A stretch of DNA of 64,000 nt. It comes from Leptospirales bacterium. GTDB taxonomy: Bacteria > Spirochaetota > Leptospiria > Turneriellales > JAOUFE01. The stretch covers positions 1 to 64,000 of the forward strand of contig JBEQLE010000004.1 in assembly GCA_040326155.1 (NCBI GenBank). Reading direction: 5' to 3'. Position numbers and translations under genes: made by a program. Position 1 is the stretch's first letter; every line of letters begins with the position of its first letter. Below, piece after piece: positions 19,336-28,505 of this stretch. Below the pieces are notes generated by a model, which was not told where the DNA came from, did not search any database, and was given only the letters and a program-made list of their open reading frames with translations.

Positions 19336-20430
19336 ATGCAGACTGAACCCGACGATTTTACCGATACAAGTGAATATTTTTTTCGCCTTACGCCCGATGT
19401 TGTTATGGACGCCGTTGAAGAGGCGGGACTCTACCCTTCGGGACATTGCCGGGCTTTGAACTCTCTGGAAAACAGAGTTTTCGATATCGGACTCGATGAC
19501 GGTTCTCATATTGTCGCCAAGTTTTATCGCCCCGGACGCTGGAACGATAAACAAATTCTCGAAGAGCATAAGTTCTTGGTGGACCTTCGAGATGATGAGG
19601 TTCCGGTGTTGTTTCCGCTACCCTTTCCTAATGGCTCTACTATTTCACAACGAAAGGGAATTTATTATGCCATATGGCCTTTTTCAGGCGGGCGTGAGCC
19701 AGCCGAATTTTCTGACACCGAACTCGAAATTGTAGGACGCCTGATTGCCCGCATTCACAATACCGGCGCCGGTTCTGCAGCTCCGGAACGCCCTGCGTTA
19801 TCTTCTAAACGTATGGGTTTAGAACCCTACAATTTTTTAGTCGAAAACCGATTTATACCGCCCGAACTTACGAACCGCTATGAATACGCTGTAAAAAAAA
19901 CAGTAGAAGTCTACGACAAACTTTCTGAAGATATTCCAACCCACCGCATTCACGGCGATTGCCATCTTGGGAATCTACTGTTCGGTACTCACGGATGGTA
20001 TTTTCTCGACTTCGATGATTTTAGTGAGGGGCCCGCAGTGCAAGACATCTGGCTGATTGTCTCTGAACGCGATGAAGATTCTGATCGTCGTCTTAACATA
20101 TTCCTGGACGCTTATCGCACTTTTCGAGATTTTGACGATAGGTGGTTAATGCTGCTAGAACCCTTACGAACTCTACGGTATATTCATTATACATCATGGA
20201 TAGCCAGACGGTGGAAAGATCCTTCTTTTCCTGCGGCATTTCCCCATTTCGGCGATAACGAGTTTTGGATAAAAGAAGTAAATGACCTGGAACACCAACT
20301 GACCCTTTACGCGAAACCAGATGCAAGTCAAATTATTCTCGAAAATAACCCTTTGTCTAATTCCACGGATGATGCTCCGAAAGAAGAAGAACCGCTAACA
20401 AATAAAGATTTCTTCTGGGATATGGAATAA
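19336..20430 (+). CDS. srkA: Stress response kinase SrkA/RdoA family
   Basis: LNSLENRV, KFYRPGRW, HGDCHLGN, DFDD, WIARRW.DP.FP.AFP. Confidence 0.93.
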   Translation: MQTEPDDFTDTSEYFFRLTPDVVMDAVEEAGLYPSGHCRALNSLENRVFDIGLDDGSHIVAKFYRPGRWNDKQILEEHKFLVDLRDDEVPVLFPLPFPNGSTISQRKGIYYAIWPFSGGREPAEFSDTELEIVGRLIARIHNTGAGSAAPERPALSSKRMGLEPYNFLVENRFIPPELTNRYEYAVKKTVEVYDKLSEDIPTHRIHGDCHLGNLLFGTHGWYFLDFDDFSEGPAVQDIWLIVSERDEDSDRRLNIFLDAYRTFRDFDDRWLMLLEPLRTLRYIHYTSWIARRWKDPSFPAAFPHFGDNEFWIKEVNDLEHQLTLYAKPDASQIILENNPLSNSTDDAPKEEEPLTNKDFFWDME

Positions 20431-20442
20431 GTTTCGTTAAAT

Positions 20443-21189
20443 TCAACGAATGTAATTTTCATAATAGTCAACCGCAATATCGGAGTAGTTGTATTGCTCT
20501 GAAAAACCCATGGCGCCATTCGGGAAAAAACGTTTGTTACGAAACGCCAGTATCGTTTTAAAGTCTGCTTGAAAACCAGCATTGTATGCAGCGGCAAAGA
20601 ACGCTATTTTCTTTACTGTATTGAACGACGCCAGTTTATTCGAAAATTTGTCTTGAACAATATGATAAAAACAAGCCAGATAATACGTCTGCCAGGATGG
20701 ATTTTCTAAGCGACGAACTCTTTGGCGACGAATCGATTTTTGCAAGTTCTTTTCAGATTTTGAATACTGTCTTAAAGTTGTGCACTCTTTACGCGGGTGC
20801 TTTATAAAATAGCTCTCGATATTTTCTGCAAAGGAGGGTTTCATTTGAAAATAACCTATGGAAAAATCGGCATAGTCCTCACCATAATTTACATAGAAAA
20901 TTTTCAGCCCAGTCGTTTCCATTTCATCTTGTATTAAAGAGTATCGAATAAGCTCAGGAAAAATAACCGGTACTAAGATATCGGGGTCGGCACCATAACC
21001 TTTAAGCTGTTGAGCTACTTGAGGTCCATTCTCTTCAATAAAAAGTAACGCCGTTTGATAATCCGATCCGAATATTTCTTTATACACGGATTTTGCAAAA
21101 AGGCTGCCTGATATAATGCAAAAAACAGCGGCGGTAAATAACCATTTTGTAAAATAAATTCGTTTAAACGTCATTATATCTAATCTCAT
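20443..21189 (-). CDS. Secreted protein with lytic transglycosylase-like motifs
   Basis: Signal peptide; FPELIRYS, SIGYFQMKPSFAE, AAAYNAG. Confidence 0.6.
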   Translation of the reverse strand: MRLDIMTFKRIYFTKWLFTAAVFCIISGSLFAKSVYKEIFGSDYQTALLFIEENGPQVAQQLKGYGADPDILVPVIFPELIRYSLIQDEMETTGLKIFYVNYGEDYADFSIGYFQMKPSFAENIESYFIKHPRKECTTLRQYSKSEKNLQKSIRRQRVRRLENPSWQTYYLACFYHIVQDKFSNKLASFNTVKKIAFFAAAYNAGFQADFKTILAFRNKRFFPNGAMGFSEQYNYSDIAVDYYENYIR

Positions 21190-21311
21190 ATACTATTACG
21201 CCCTTCCAGGGTAAGCCACGTAAAGGTTTTTTCAACTGGCGAACCACACGTAGATATTGAAAGCGACCATAAAAAACCACTTTTGACTTTATCTACTACG
21301 TCATTTAGACA

Positions 21312-21653
21312 ATGTGTCCCATGGTCTATATGACGTTTGCAGTTACCGGAGCCTGGATTGGGGCCAGCCTGGGAATCATCATACTATTCGTTTTCCCATT
21401 TCAAGGAACAGTAAAAGAAAACCTGTGGACCGCCTTAATTATTTCACACTCCGCATTAGGTTTAATCTCAGTTTACCTGATCGGCGAATTGTTATTGTTA
21501 GTCACCGTTGGTCCAGTCTTACTTTTTATCGGTTTTGCAAATATTCGCTGGCTCCATTTTTGCCGAACATGCGGACAATCCTATTTTATGGTCGAGTTCC
21601 ACAAAACATCGTCACAAAAGATTTGCCCGGCATGTAATGGCATTATCGGATAA
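21312..21653 (+). CDS. Hypothetical membrane protein with C-terminal CxxC...CxxC
   Basis: 3 hydrophobic segments; CRTC and CPAC. Confidence 0.6.
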   Translation: MCPMVYMTFAVTGAWIGASLGIIILFVFPFQGTVKENLWTALIISHSALGLISVYLIGELLLLVTVGPVLLFIGFANIRWLHFCRTCGQSYFMVEFHKTSSQKICPACNGIIG

Positions 21654-21721
21654 ACTCAATTTCGGTTTTATTCAAGATTTTTTTAAAAATACCGATAAGC
21701 AGGTATCGGGAGAATTTACTT

Positions 21722-22240
21722 ATGCACAAGTTTTTCATTGCTTTTCTTTTTTTAACATCCGCCCATTTTCTATACCCTGAATGTCCTACGCACTATTCAG
21801 AAATGACAATGCAAGACCATATTAAACTGTTCCCGATTAACGAGCATGAGTGGTGGACCAAAGAACAAACTGTCAACGACGGTCGAGTCACACTTGCCAT
21901 CTCGCCAGTTGACGCATTACCAGACGGAGCGGGAGTATCTGCCCTGATAAAATTCTCGGGAAAGTTTCGCGTAATTACCCCCGACGCTTTTATCGCATTA
22001 GGTAGTTTCGGCGGCCCCAAGATGAAAGCATTATATTCACACGAACTCAGAATTAGCGAACAAGGTTTTGACGGTTGGGTCGCGGTACAATACAATCTGG
22101 TGGATAAAATAAAAAAACAAATAAAAAAGGGAGAGAACTTCTATGTCTGCATGGTTTTAATCGGTGTTATCAATGACCGACACTTTTATTTAATGAACAA
22201 TTTTTCCACTGAAAATGACGAAAGCGAAACAAAACAGTAG
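21722..22240 (+). CDS. Hypothetical secreted protein
   Basis: GGAG RBS, signal-like N-terminus, 172-aa ORF. Confidence 0.7.
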   Translation: MHKFFIAFLFLTSAHFLYPECPTHYSEMTMQDHIKLFPINEHEWWTKEQTVNDGRVTLAISPVDALPDGAGVSALIKFSGKFRVITPDAFIALGSFGGPKMKALYSHELRISEQGFDGWVAVQYNLVDKIKKQIKKGENFYVCMVLIGVINDRHFYLMNNFSTENDESETKQ

Positions 22241-22244
22241 ATTT

Positions 22245-22757
22245 CTATTTTTTCCCTTTCTTTTCAAGTTCCGAAAAAACCCACTCCCAGTCACTCACCG
22301 GTTTCTCCTCGGAAGCAGACTTCATATAAGAAGGCAGCGACGACGCCTTTTTTGCCATACTTTTTTTATCCAGATTTAAAATATGATCGACAAGCCACAC
22401 ATTCAAATAGCCAAGCAAATCTTTTACAATCGTATGGTCCCCTGAGCGAAACTTCTTTTCATAATCACGCAAACCATCTACAAAGGTTCGGTGCGCCATG
22501 CGGTGTATTTCCAGATTTGGTTTATCTACCTGTTCAATAACCATCTCTTCCGCTTTAAAATGAAATTTAGTATAACTCGCCAGCTGCCCAAAAATCAACG
22601 AAATACCGGTCAAATCAACCTTCGTATCAACCGCAGTTTGCAAACGATTAATAATTCCAATTAAAGTTTTATGTTGAACATCGACTCTATCAATACCGGT
22701 CTTCATCTCTTCAGACCATTGAATATTACCTTTACTGTCCCAGCTATCATCACTCAT
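22245..22757 (-). CDS. Bacteriohemerythrin with C-terminal extension
   Basis: W...TGIDRVDVQH, HFKAEE, HRMAH, WLVDHILNLD di-iron ligands. Confidence 0.93.
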   Translation of the reverse strand: MSDDSWDSKGNIQWSEEMKTGIDRVDVQHKTLIGIINRLQTAVDTKVDLTGISLIFGQLASYTKFHFKAEEMVIEQVDKPNLEIHRMAHRTFVDGLRDYEKKFRSGDHTIVKDLLGYLNVWLVDHILNLDKKSMAKKASSLPSYMKSASEEKPVSDWEWVFSELEKKGKK

Positions 22758-22881
22758 ACAATATTATAATTACCCCATCTACTAAGTAATGAATTTGCCT
22801 TACTTTGTCTATATGTATTTACATTCAGCAGACAAACAAAAGATTTTTCCCCGGCAAATCGTAGCAATCAAACGAAGCAAA

Positions 22882-23034
22882 AATAACGTGGTAATTTTAT
22901 CTGACGCTTTCATGCTGCCAGAGCCAGCCATGGGAGCACAAAAACCCTTTAATGTCAATACAATTGTTGCAAAATTTCATTGTGAGGCATGAGGGGCAGC
23001 GAAGGCTGGCCTGAACAGATAAAATTTGTTAGGC
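22882..23034 (+). repeat. Degenerate attC-like inverted repeat
   Basis: AAATAAC-N5-AATTTTATCTG ... CAGATAAAATT-T-GTTAGGC. Confidence 0.4.
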
Positions 23035-23044
23035 GAAATAATGG

Positions 23045-23338
23045 TTATAGATATTTCTGAATATCCATAGCGCCGTGGTACACCCCCAAAACAGAGATTA
23101 TACTTTGCTCCAGTATGTAAGTATACGCTATTTTATAATGACCATATAGTATAATTCTAATCTCTTTGGAAGCCTGTGTTTTATATACAAAACCGATATT
23201 AGGTTGATTTTCTAATAATTGAACTTTAGCATATATTCCGTCGATAGTGTCGGAGGCCGCTACAGGATTATTTTCTGCAATATAATCGAAGATAGACTTT
23301 AAATTTGCACTGGCTTCATCGGCCCATTCTATTTCCAT
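23045..23338 (-). CDS. RelE/ParE family toxin
   Basis: IEW..EA..L.SIFDYIA..NP..A, P.IG, YKIAY, VYHGAMD. Confidence 0.92.
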   Translation of the reverse strand: MEIEWADEASANLKSIFDYIAENNPVAASDTIDGIYAKVQLLENQPNIGFVYKTQASKEIRIILYGHYKIAYTYILEQSIISVLGVYHGAMDIQKYL

Positions 23339-23514
23339 TGCTTATCGATTCTGTTTTTCATTTCTATATTACTTATTGTATTGCCTTCTTCTACATCAAG
23401 TAAACCACGTTCTACAATATTCGAAAAGGCTAGTTCTTTAATAATTTCCTCTGGTGTGCTATCTTCAGGTTGTTCATTAATTATCTCTATGAATTTCTCT
23501 TTTACTGCTGACAT
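23329..23514 (-). CDS. Cognate antitoxin of the ParE-like toxin
   Basis: Short acidic ORF overlapping the toxin start; VERGLLDVEEG.TIS pattern. Confidence 0.85.
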   Translation of the reverse strand: MSAVKEKFIEIINEQPEDSTPEEIIKELAFSNIVERGLLDVEEGNTISNIEMKNRIDKQWK

Positions 23515-23520
23515 AAAGAC

Positions 23521-23549
23521 AGTTTATTAAGATATCTTGACGGGGTCAA
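23521..23549 (-). promoter_or_regulatory. sigma70 promoter, probable leaderless TA transcript
   Basis: TTGACC-N17-TAAACT, 6 nt before ATG; no SD. Confidence 0.6.
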
Positions 23550-23896
23550 ATTCATTTTATTTTTCTCCGGTATATCATATCCCGTTGGGAATTATCCGAC
23601 TAATCGGAATCTGAAGATTAACTCGAATCGAGAAAAGGTTATCCATTTAAAACTAAATATTCGATAACTGTGAAAACTATAGTTATCCTGGTTTGTTAGG
23701 ATCAGATTTATCTAAATAAATATTCATCGAATTTCACCTCTTGAATATTTAAATGTTAAAAAATTATATTTTGGCATGGATAATTCCTCTTTCAGGAGGA
23801 TATTGAAATCATAGGTATCAATATGAAAAGTCAATTTATGATTCTGCAGGCCCGACATCGATGGCAGGCGTTTATTTCGTATTCATATCGCTGTCT

Positions 23897-24655
23897 TCAC
23901 CGGCTTATCCGGTGCAATGCTTTGTTATGTTTTGGTACACCGAAATGTAACTCACGATGACAGTTGGGGCACAGTGCGGTAGCATTTTGAACTGTATCTT
24001 CTCCGCCATCAGCCAATCTAACCTTGTGATGCACCTCTAAATACGGGCTATTATCTTTCTTTCTCGCAAATGGGGCTGATGAATCGCATCTTTCGCATTT
24101 CCCACTTGCTCGCTCAAGAATTTCTGCAACGACGTAAGGATTACGCTCATATACATTCGCTACAATTGCCCTGACTTGTGGAGTTTTATTCGACGTTGAA
24201 AGTATTTTTTGTCGCTCTTCTTTTGGAGTTTTCAATGCTTTTTCGACAGCTTTATCAAAAGATTTATCAAAAGATTTATTCGAATCTTCAAAGCTGACAA
24301 TGCCTTGTGAAATAGCTAAGTACGAAGAGTGTAAATCTCGTAAAGACTTCAACGTGACATTGTTCTTCGCTTCATAGTACTCAATATGTTTCCACAAAGC
24401 GTTAACCGAATTAAGTAAAGAACTAGAGCTATCTTCGGTCATGATGCGGGCTAAGTAATAACTCATATCCGACGCACTCAAAGCACGTTTAAATTCAAGC
24501 CCATTAATCATTTTTTCGTATACAGCAATCATGATTTTTGCAGAATTAATATTAACTCCATATTCACGATTTAGCTGTTAAGCGCCTTCAGTTGGGTTTA
24601 ACTCGCCATCAAAAACCTTTTTTGCAGTAGTGTAGACTGCTTCAATGTTCGACAT
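23897..24655 (-). pseudogene. McrA-like HNH endonuclease with in-frame TAA at codon 26
   Basis: AGGAG RBS, ATG 24655, TAA at 24578-24580, same frame continues; CERC, YLEVHH, EDTVQNATALCPNCHR. Confidence 0.85.
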
Positions 24656-24765
24656 TCAGTTTGCTCCTACAAAAAACATAACATCGTAATATATAGCTTT
24701 TCGTATATTAAGGAATAACTAATGATATACAGAATTTTTATATAATCCGATTTAAAGTATATGCT

Positions 24766-24915
24766 TTAATTTTTGCACCCATTCTTATCACAAGTAATTT
24801 TTTGTGATGATGAAACCCAATGGTCAGGGTGTTTTCTTGTGTCAACGCCACATCCAGTACGACCACCTTTAGTTCCTTTATGTATCTCACCTGTCGGTGT
24901 ATGCTTTACGGCCAT
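24766..24915 (-). CDS. 49-aa small Cys/His protein (absent from ORF track)
   Basis: MAVKHTPTGEIHKGTKGGRTGCGVDTRKHPDHWVSSSQKITCDKNGCKN; AAGGGG RBS. Confidence 0.7.
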   Translation of the reverse strand: MAVKHTPTGEIHKGTKGGRTGCGVDTRKHPDHWVSSSQKITCDKNGCKN

Positions 24916-25195
24916 ATTTAATCCCTTTAAAATAGATATACGGAAAGATGTATATTGATCTTAAAATGTCAATACTAATCTTTGTCTTGCGAGCACACGA
25001 TGTGCGGCGTCAGAATAATATGGCCGCCATTTCCCCCTAACACTATACACCTGATCTAACCCGACCATACTTGTGCGGTAATGTTGCAGGTGCCATTGTA
25101 TTACATGAAAAACGAAAACTTACATTTATTCCGGCGAAAGCCGAAAAAACTGCTATTGTATGAAAACTTCAAAGAAAAGCCATCTCCCGTAAAAT

Positions 25196-25270
25196 ACGTA
25201 GGGGGTAGCAGGATAAGTTTTTGCTTTGCCAAAAACTTATCCTGCTAGGGAAACTTCCACCACCCTTCCT
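25196..25270 (+). repeat. G5-initiated structured intergenic element, copy A
   Basis: ACGTAGGGGGTAGCA, perfect 18-bp stem 25206-25247, AGGG...ACCCTTCCT. Confidence 0.6.
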
Positions 25271-25344
25271 TTTTCATTTGAGAAAAAAGACACGCGAAGC
25301 ATTGAACATACTTGACAATAAGATGGATATATGTAAACAGAGTA

Positions 25345-25710
25345 ATGGCTACCATATTGCTGGTTGATGATATATCATTTATAAAGCGAATTGAAAAAAA
25401 AGTTCTGGAAGAGAACGGGCATAGCATAGTTGGCGACGCCTCTGATGGAGAACAGGCGATAGAGCTTTTTGAAAAGACCAGACCTGATATCGTTTTAATG
25501 GATATTACTATGCCAAAAGTGGACGGAATTGTAGCGCTTGAAGCAATACTGGAAAAGCACCCGGAAGCAAAAATTATTATGTGTTCAGCTCTGTCTCACA
25601 AGCATGTTCTTTTTAAAGCTGTAAAAGCGGGAGCTAAAGATTATCTGGTGAAGCCCTACACAATGGAAAGGCTGCTGGAAACCATTTCAAGAGTATTGAA
25701 ACACCCTTAA
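25345..25710 (+). CDS. cheY: CheY-like single-domain response regulator
   Basis: LVDD, MDITMP, CSA, VKPY. Confidence 0.88.
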   Translation: MATILLVDDISFIKRIEKKVLEENGHSIVGDASDGEQAIELFEKTRPDIVLMDITMPKVDGIVALEAILEKHPEAKIIMCSALSHKHVLFKAVKAGAKDYLVKPYTMERLLETISRVLKHP

Positions 25711-25724
25711 CGCAGTAAATTAGC

Positions 25725-27260
25725 ATGCATCTCTCCATCTATCCACAGAAAAAATATACATCTCGTCTATATTCCCGCGCTCTCTATTTTCTGACTTTAT
25801 TCCTGGTTTGTTTATGGACCGGTTCCTCTTTAAGCGCCCAAAGCCCCCCGCTCGAAAAGAAGCACCCGGAAGGGTTAAAATTAAAATATAAAGCAAATTA
25901 TGAGATTGTGGTTTTTCCCACCATCTACCGACTCAATCGTAAAAACATTTACCTGAAAAATATTTACGAAGGGGTCGTCGTTGACCGACTGCGACTACTG
26001 TCCAAAGGGTATGTTAAAAAACCGACTCCGGTTGAATTTTTCTACCCCGTCGAAGGTGTTGAAACCGGAGGAGAGATACTCGAAAACCCCCGGCAATATA
26101 TTCTGGAAAACTTTATTTCACAAAGCGCATACTTTCCTATGAAAATAGTTCGCGCCGACAACCTGCCTGCGGAAATCACCTCTGCTGAATATTTTTTCAG
26201 TAATTACAACGCGTTGCGTTCACTCGATTCCGAAACATTTTACCTGTTTTTAACGCTCGAACCCGCCGAACAAACCACACTCGATGCCGGTGTGTATTTT
26301 TACCGAGGGAATAAGCTATTATATCACACTATAAAAACCATTGTCACTGAAAACCTTCACGTTGAAATATCCCTCTTAACCTCTGGCGTTCGAAAATGGA
26401 TGGCTGGGCCTCAATCTGGTAACCTTTCTGTTCAAACAATTAAGGAGGGAGCCTCCGTTTATATCGATAAAATCTTTTCAGGCAAAACCCCGCTTTTTAT
26501 GCAGCACCTGCCGGCCGGCCCACACGAAATCGATGTCTATAAAACCGGCCATAAACCGTGGAAAGAAAAAGTAACCATCGAACCCGGCAAAACAAAATCA
26601 ATAACAGGCAAACTCGTCGAAAAATGGAGCGAGGGTGTCCTGCGAATAAGCTCAAACCCACCCGAAGCTGACGTATATGTCGATCTCGAATACCGGGGGA
26701 AAACCCCAATAGATGTTTCCGGCCTTGAAACTGGGAATCACAGAATTCAATTGGTAAAAGAAGGGTTTATCGACAATTATAAAATGGTGAAAATTTCTTA
26801 CGTTCAAAAACGACGTGAAATAAAATTATTACTAAAACCCGGCAATTCTGAAAAACATTTTGAAACGAACCCTGCCGTACTTGGCAAAATAACAAACCAG
26901 GGTTTCTTTAAAGGTTTTACAATTGGAGCGGGAGGGTTTGCCATTACCGGTTTATATTTTTTAATGCAGGCGGAAAACTTTCAAACAAACATAGCATCCA
27001 TAAAAAAGAACTCTGGCTCCAATTTGAGCGCGCATGAACAAAAAAAAATAAAAAACCTGAACACTAAAATTACCAATTATACCGGATATTACACCGGCTC
27101 GTTTATTACCTCCGGAGTATCGATCGGAATTGCAACTTATTTCTTTATTAAATATTTATCTTCTTATAACCCAAAAATAGTATCGAACCCGAAGTTAGGT
27201 TTTTTTGCTTCGGTAGATTTAAATGGCGGTTTTTCAGGTAAGTTCGTCTATCGCTGGTAA
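25725..27260 (+). CDS. PEGA domain-containing secreted/membrane protein
   Basis: Two GA.VY.D...GKTP PEGA repeats; signal peptide; C-terminal hydrophobic segments. Confidence 0.88.
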   Translation: MHLSIYPQKKYTSRLYSRALYFLTLFLVCLWTGSSLSAQSPPLEKKHPEGLKLKYKANYEIVVFPTIYRLNRKNIYLKNIYEGVVVDRLRLLSKGYVKKPTPVEFFYPVEGVETGGEILENPRQYILENFISQSAYFPMKIVRADNLPAEITSAEYFFSNYNALRSLDSETFYLFLTLEPAEQTTLDAGVYFYRGNKLLYHTIKTIVTENLHVEISLLTSGVRKWMAGPQSGNLSVQTIKEGASVYIDKIFSGKTPLFMQHLPAGPHEIDVYKTGHKPWKEKVTIEPGKTKSITGKLVEKWSEGVLRISSNPPEADVYVDLEYRGKTPIDVSGLETGNHRIQLVKEGFIDNYKMVKISYVQKRREIKLLLKPGNSEKHFETNPAVLGKITNQGFFKGFTIGAGGFAITGLYFLMQAENFQTNIASIKKNSGSNLSAHEQKKIKNLNTKITNYTGYYTGSFITSGVSIGIATYFFIKYLSSYNPKIVSNPKLGFFASVDLNGGFSGKFVYRW

Positions 27261-28427
27261 CCTGACCGGTTCGTGTTGTAACAGTGAGTCAAGATCGGGC
27301 GTAGCCCCTTGAAAATAAAAACAGGGAATCTCTTCGGCCTTTATATTAAACATGGCGTAAGCCCTGCTCGTTGCCGCTTTCCAGATAAACTCAGGCTTCC
27401 AGACACCCTCTTTCAATAATGCTGATATCTCGTGTAGCATAGAAACATCGGGTGATGTCCCTTTAGAGTCTGTCCCCATTAATACCGGTAAGTTTGTTTT
27501 TTCCAAAGCACGCCAGTTTTTTCTAATATATCCTAAAAAACGACTGGAACGATGACAAATAACAATCGCCCCGCGCTCGCTTTTTTTCTCGAGAAAATCG
27601 ATATCAAAGTCCGTTGCTTCATTTAAATGGACCAGAAGCGTTCCACCTTTGCCGGGCCGTTTCAATATTCCCGTTTTTTCAATATAGGGCAACAACTCAC
27701 TGTTTTTGCTGATTTCATGAATAAAATTTTGACCTATATCCGATAAAAACTGAACTGCCTCCCCTTGAGCCCGACCCAGATTATTTTCAGAAATATCTTC
27801 CAGCAAATGTACCGAAACCCAATTGCTTTCCTGCGTATTCGCACAAAACTTCCAGATTTTCGGAGAACTGCCATACGGGGAGTGAACCGTAGGATGCAAT
27901 TCTCGGTCCTGTTTCAAAGCCTCAACGGCAACCTGCAGCCGCATATCGTCATTAGGAGGGGAATACCCCAATATTTCAAGAAAACGCAGACCCGAAAATT
28001 CTCTTAAACCACCCAGATTCCGTGAAAATTCAGCATCATTGGATACATCGCAGTAGTAAAAAGTTCCCCAGCGATTGGCAAACCGTATGGCTTGTTGAGC
28101 CTTCTCTATGGATTCTTTTATATCTGGTTTTTTTATAGCAGCCATCGCTCTAATAAATTTAAAAACCCCACCGCCGGGACCGGGTTGCGAGAGATAAGAG
28201 AGTCCCAGATGTGTATGGGCATTCACCAAACCCGGCAATAATACCCCTTCTGGAGCAACAATGGTTTTATACCCTTTGGGAACCGTTTTAAACCCTTTTT
28301 GGACCGGAACCCCATTGTGAAAAACCACCCATGGATCGGGCTTAAATACACCGTCATCATCCAGGCCCCATTGTCCGATTATTGCGATATTTCCGCTGTT
28401 TCCGTTATTTTTCTGCGTTTTTAACAT
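27234..28427 (-). CDS. Metal-dependent amidohydrolase family protein
   Basis: LPGLVNAHTHL, HSPY, HLLE, MGTDS. Confidence 0.88.
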   Translation of the reverse strand: MLKTQKNNGNSGNIAIIGQWGLDDDGVFKPDPWVVFHNGVPVQKGFKTVPKGYKTIVAPEGVLLPGLVNAHTHLGLSYLSQPGPGGGVFKFIRAMAAIKKPDIKESIEKAQQAIRFANRWGTFYYCDVSNDAEFSRNLGGLREFSGLRFLEILGYSPPNDDMRLQVAVEALKQDRELHPTVHSPYGSSPKIWKFCANTQESNWVSVHLLEDISENNLGRAQGEAVQFLSDIGQNFIHEISKNSELLPYIEKTGILKRPGKGGTLLVHLNEATDFDIDFLEKKSERGAIVICHRSSRFLGYIRKNWRALEKTNLPVLMGTDSKGTSPDVSMLHEISALLKEGVWKPEFIWKAATSRAYAMFNIKAEEIPCFYFQGATPDLDSLLQHEPVRLPAIDELT

Positions 28428-28469
28428 GCAATTTTTATACCAATAGTCAAAAAATCCGAATAATATAAC

Positions 28470-28498
28470 TTGACAACTGAAGTATTCAAACCGATAAT
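28470..28498 (+). promoter_or_regulatory. sigma70 promoter, probable leaderless cheA transcript
   Basis: TTGACA-N17-GATAAT, 7 nt before ATG 28506. Confidence 0.65.
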
Positions 28499-28505
28499 TT
28501 TAAAT

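Noticed and set aside
23560..23730. RBS-ATG on the minus strand (MNIYLDKSDPNKPG*) and a GTTAGG site
   Set aside because: Multiple stops and no recognisable product; the GTTAGG lacks an attC partner
24773..24958. 61-aa plus-strand ORF
   Set aside because: Antisense to the better supported 49-aa ORF that has an RBS
24984..25145. Fragments resembling GTCATTGCGAG and ATTCCGGCGAAAGCCG REP-like palindromes
   Set aside because: Too short and degenerate to delimit
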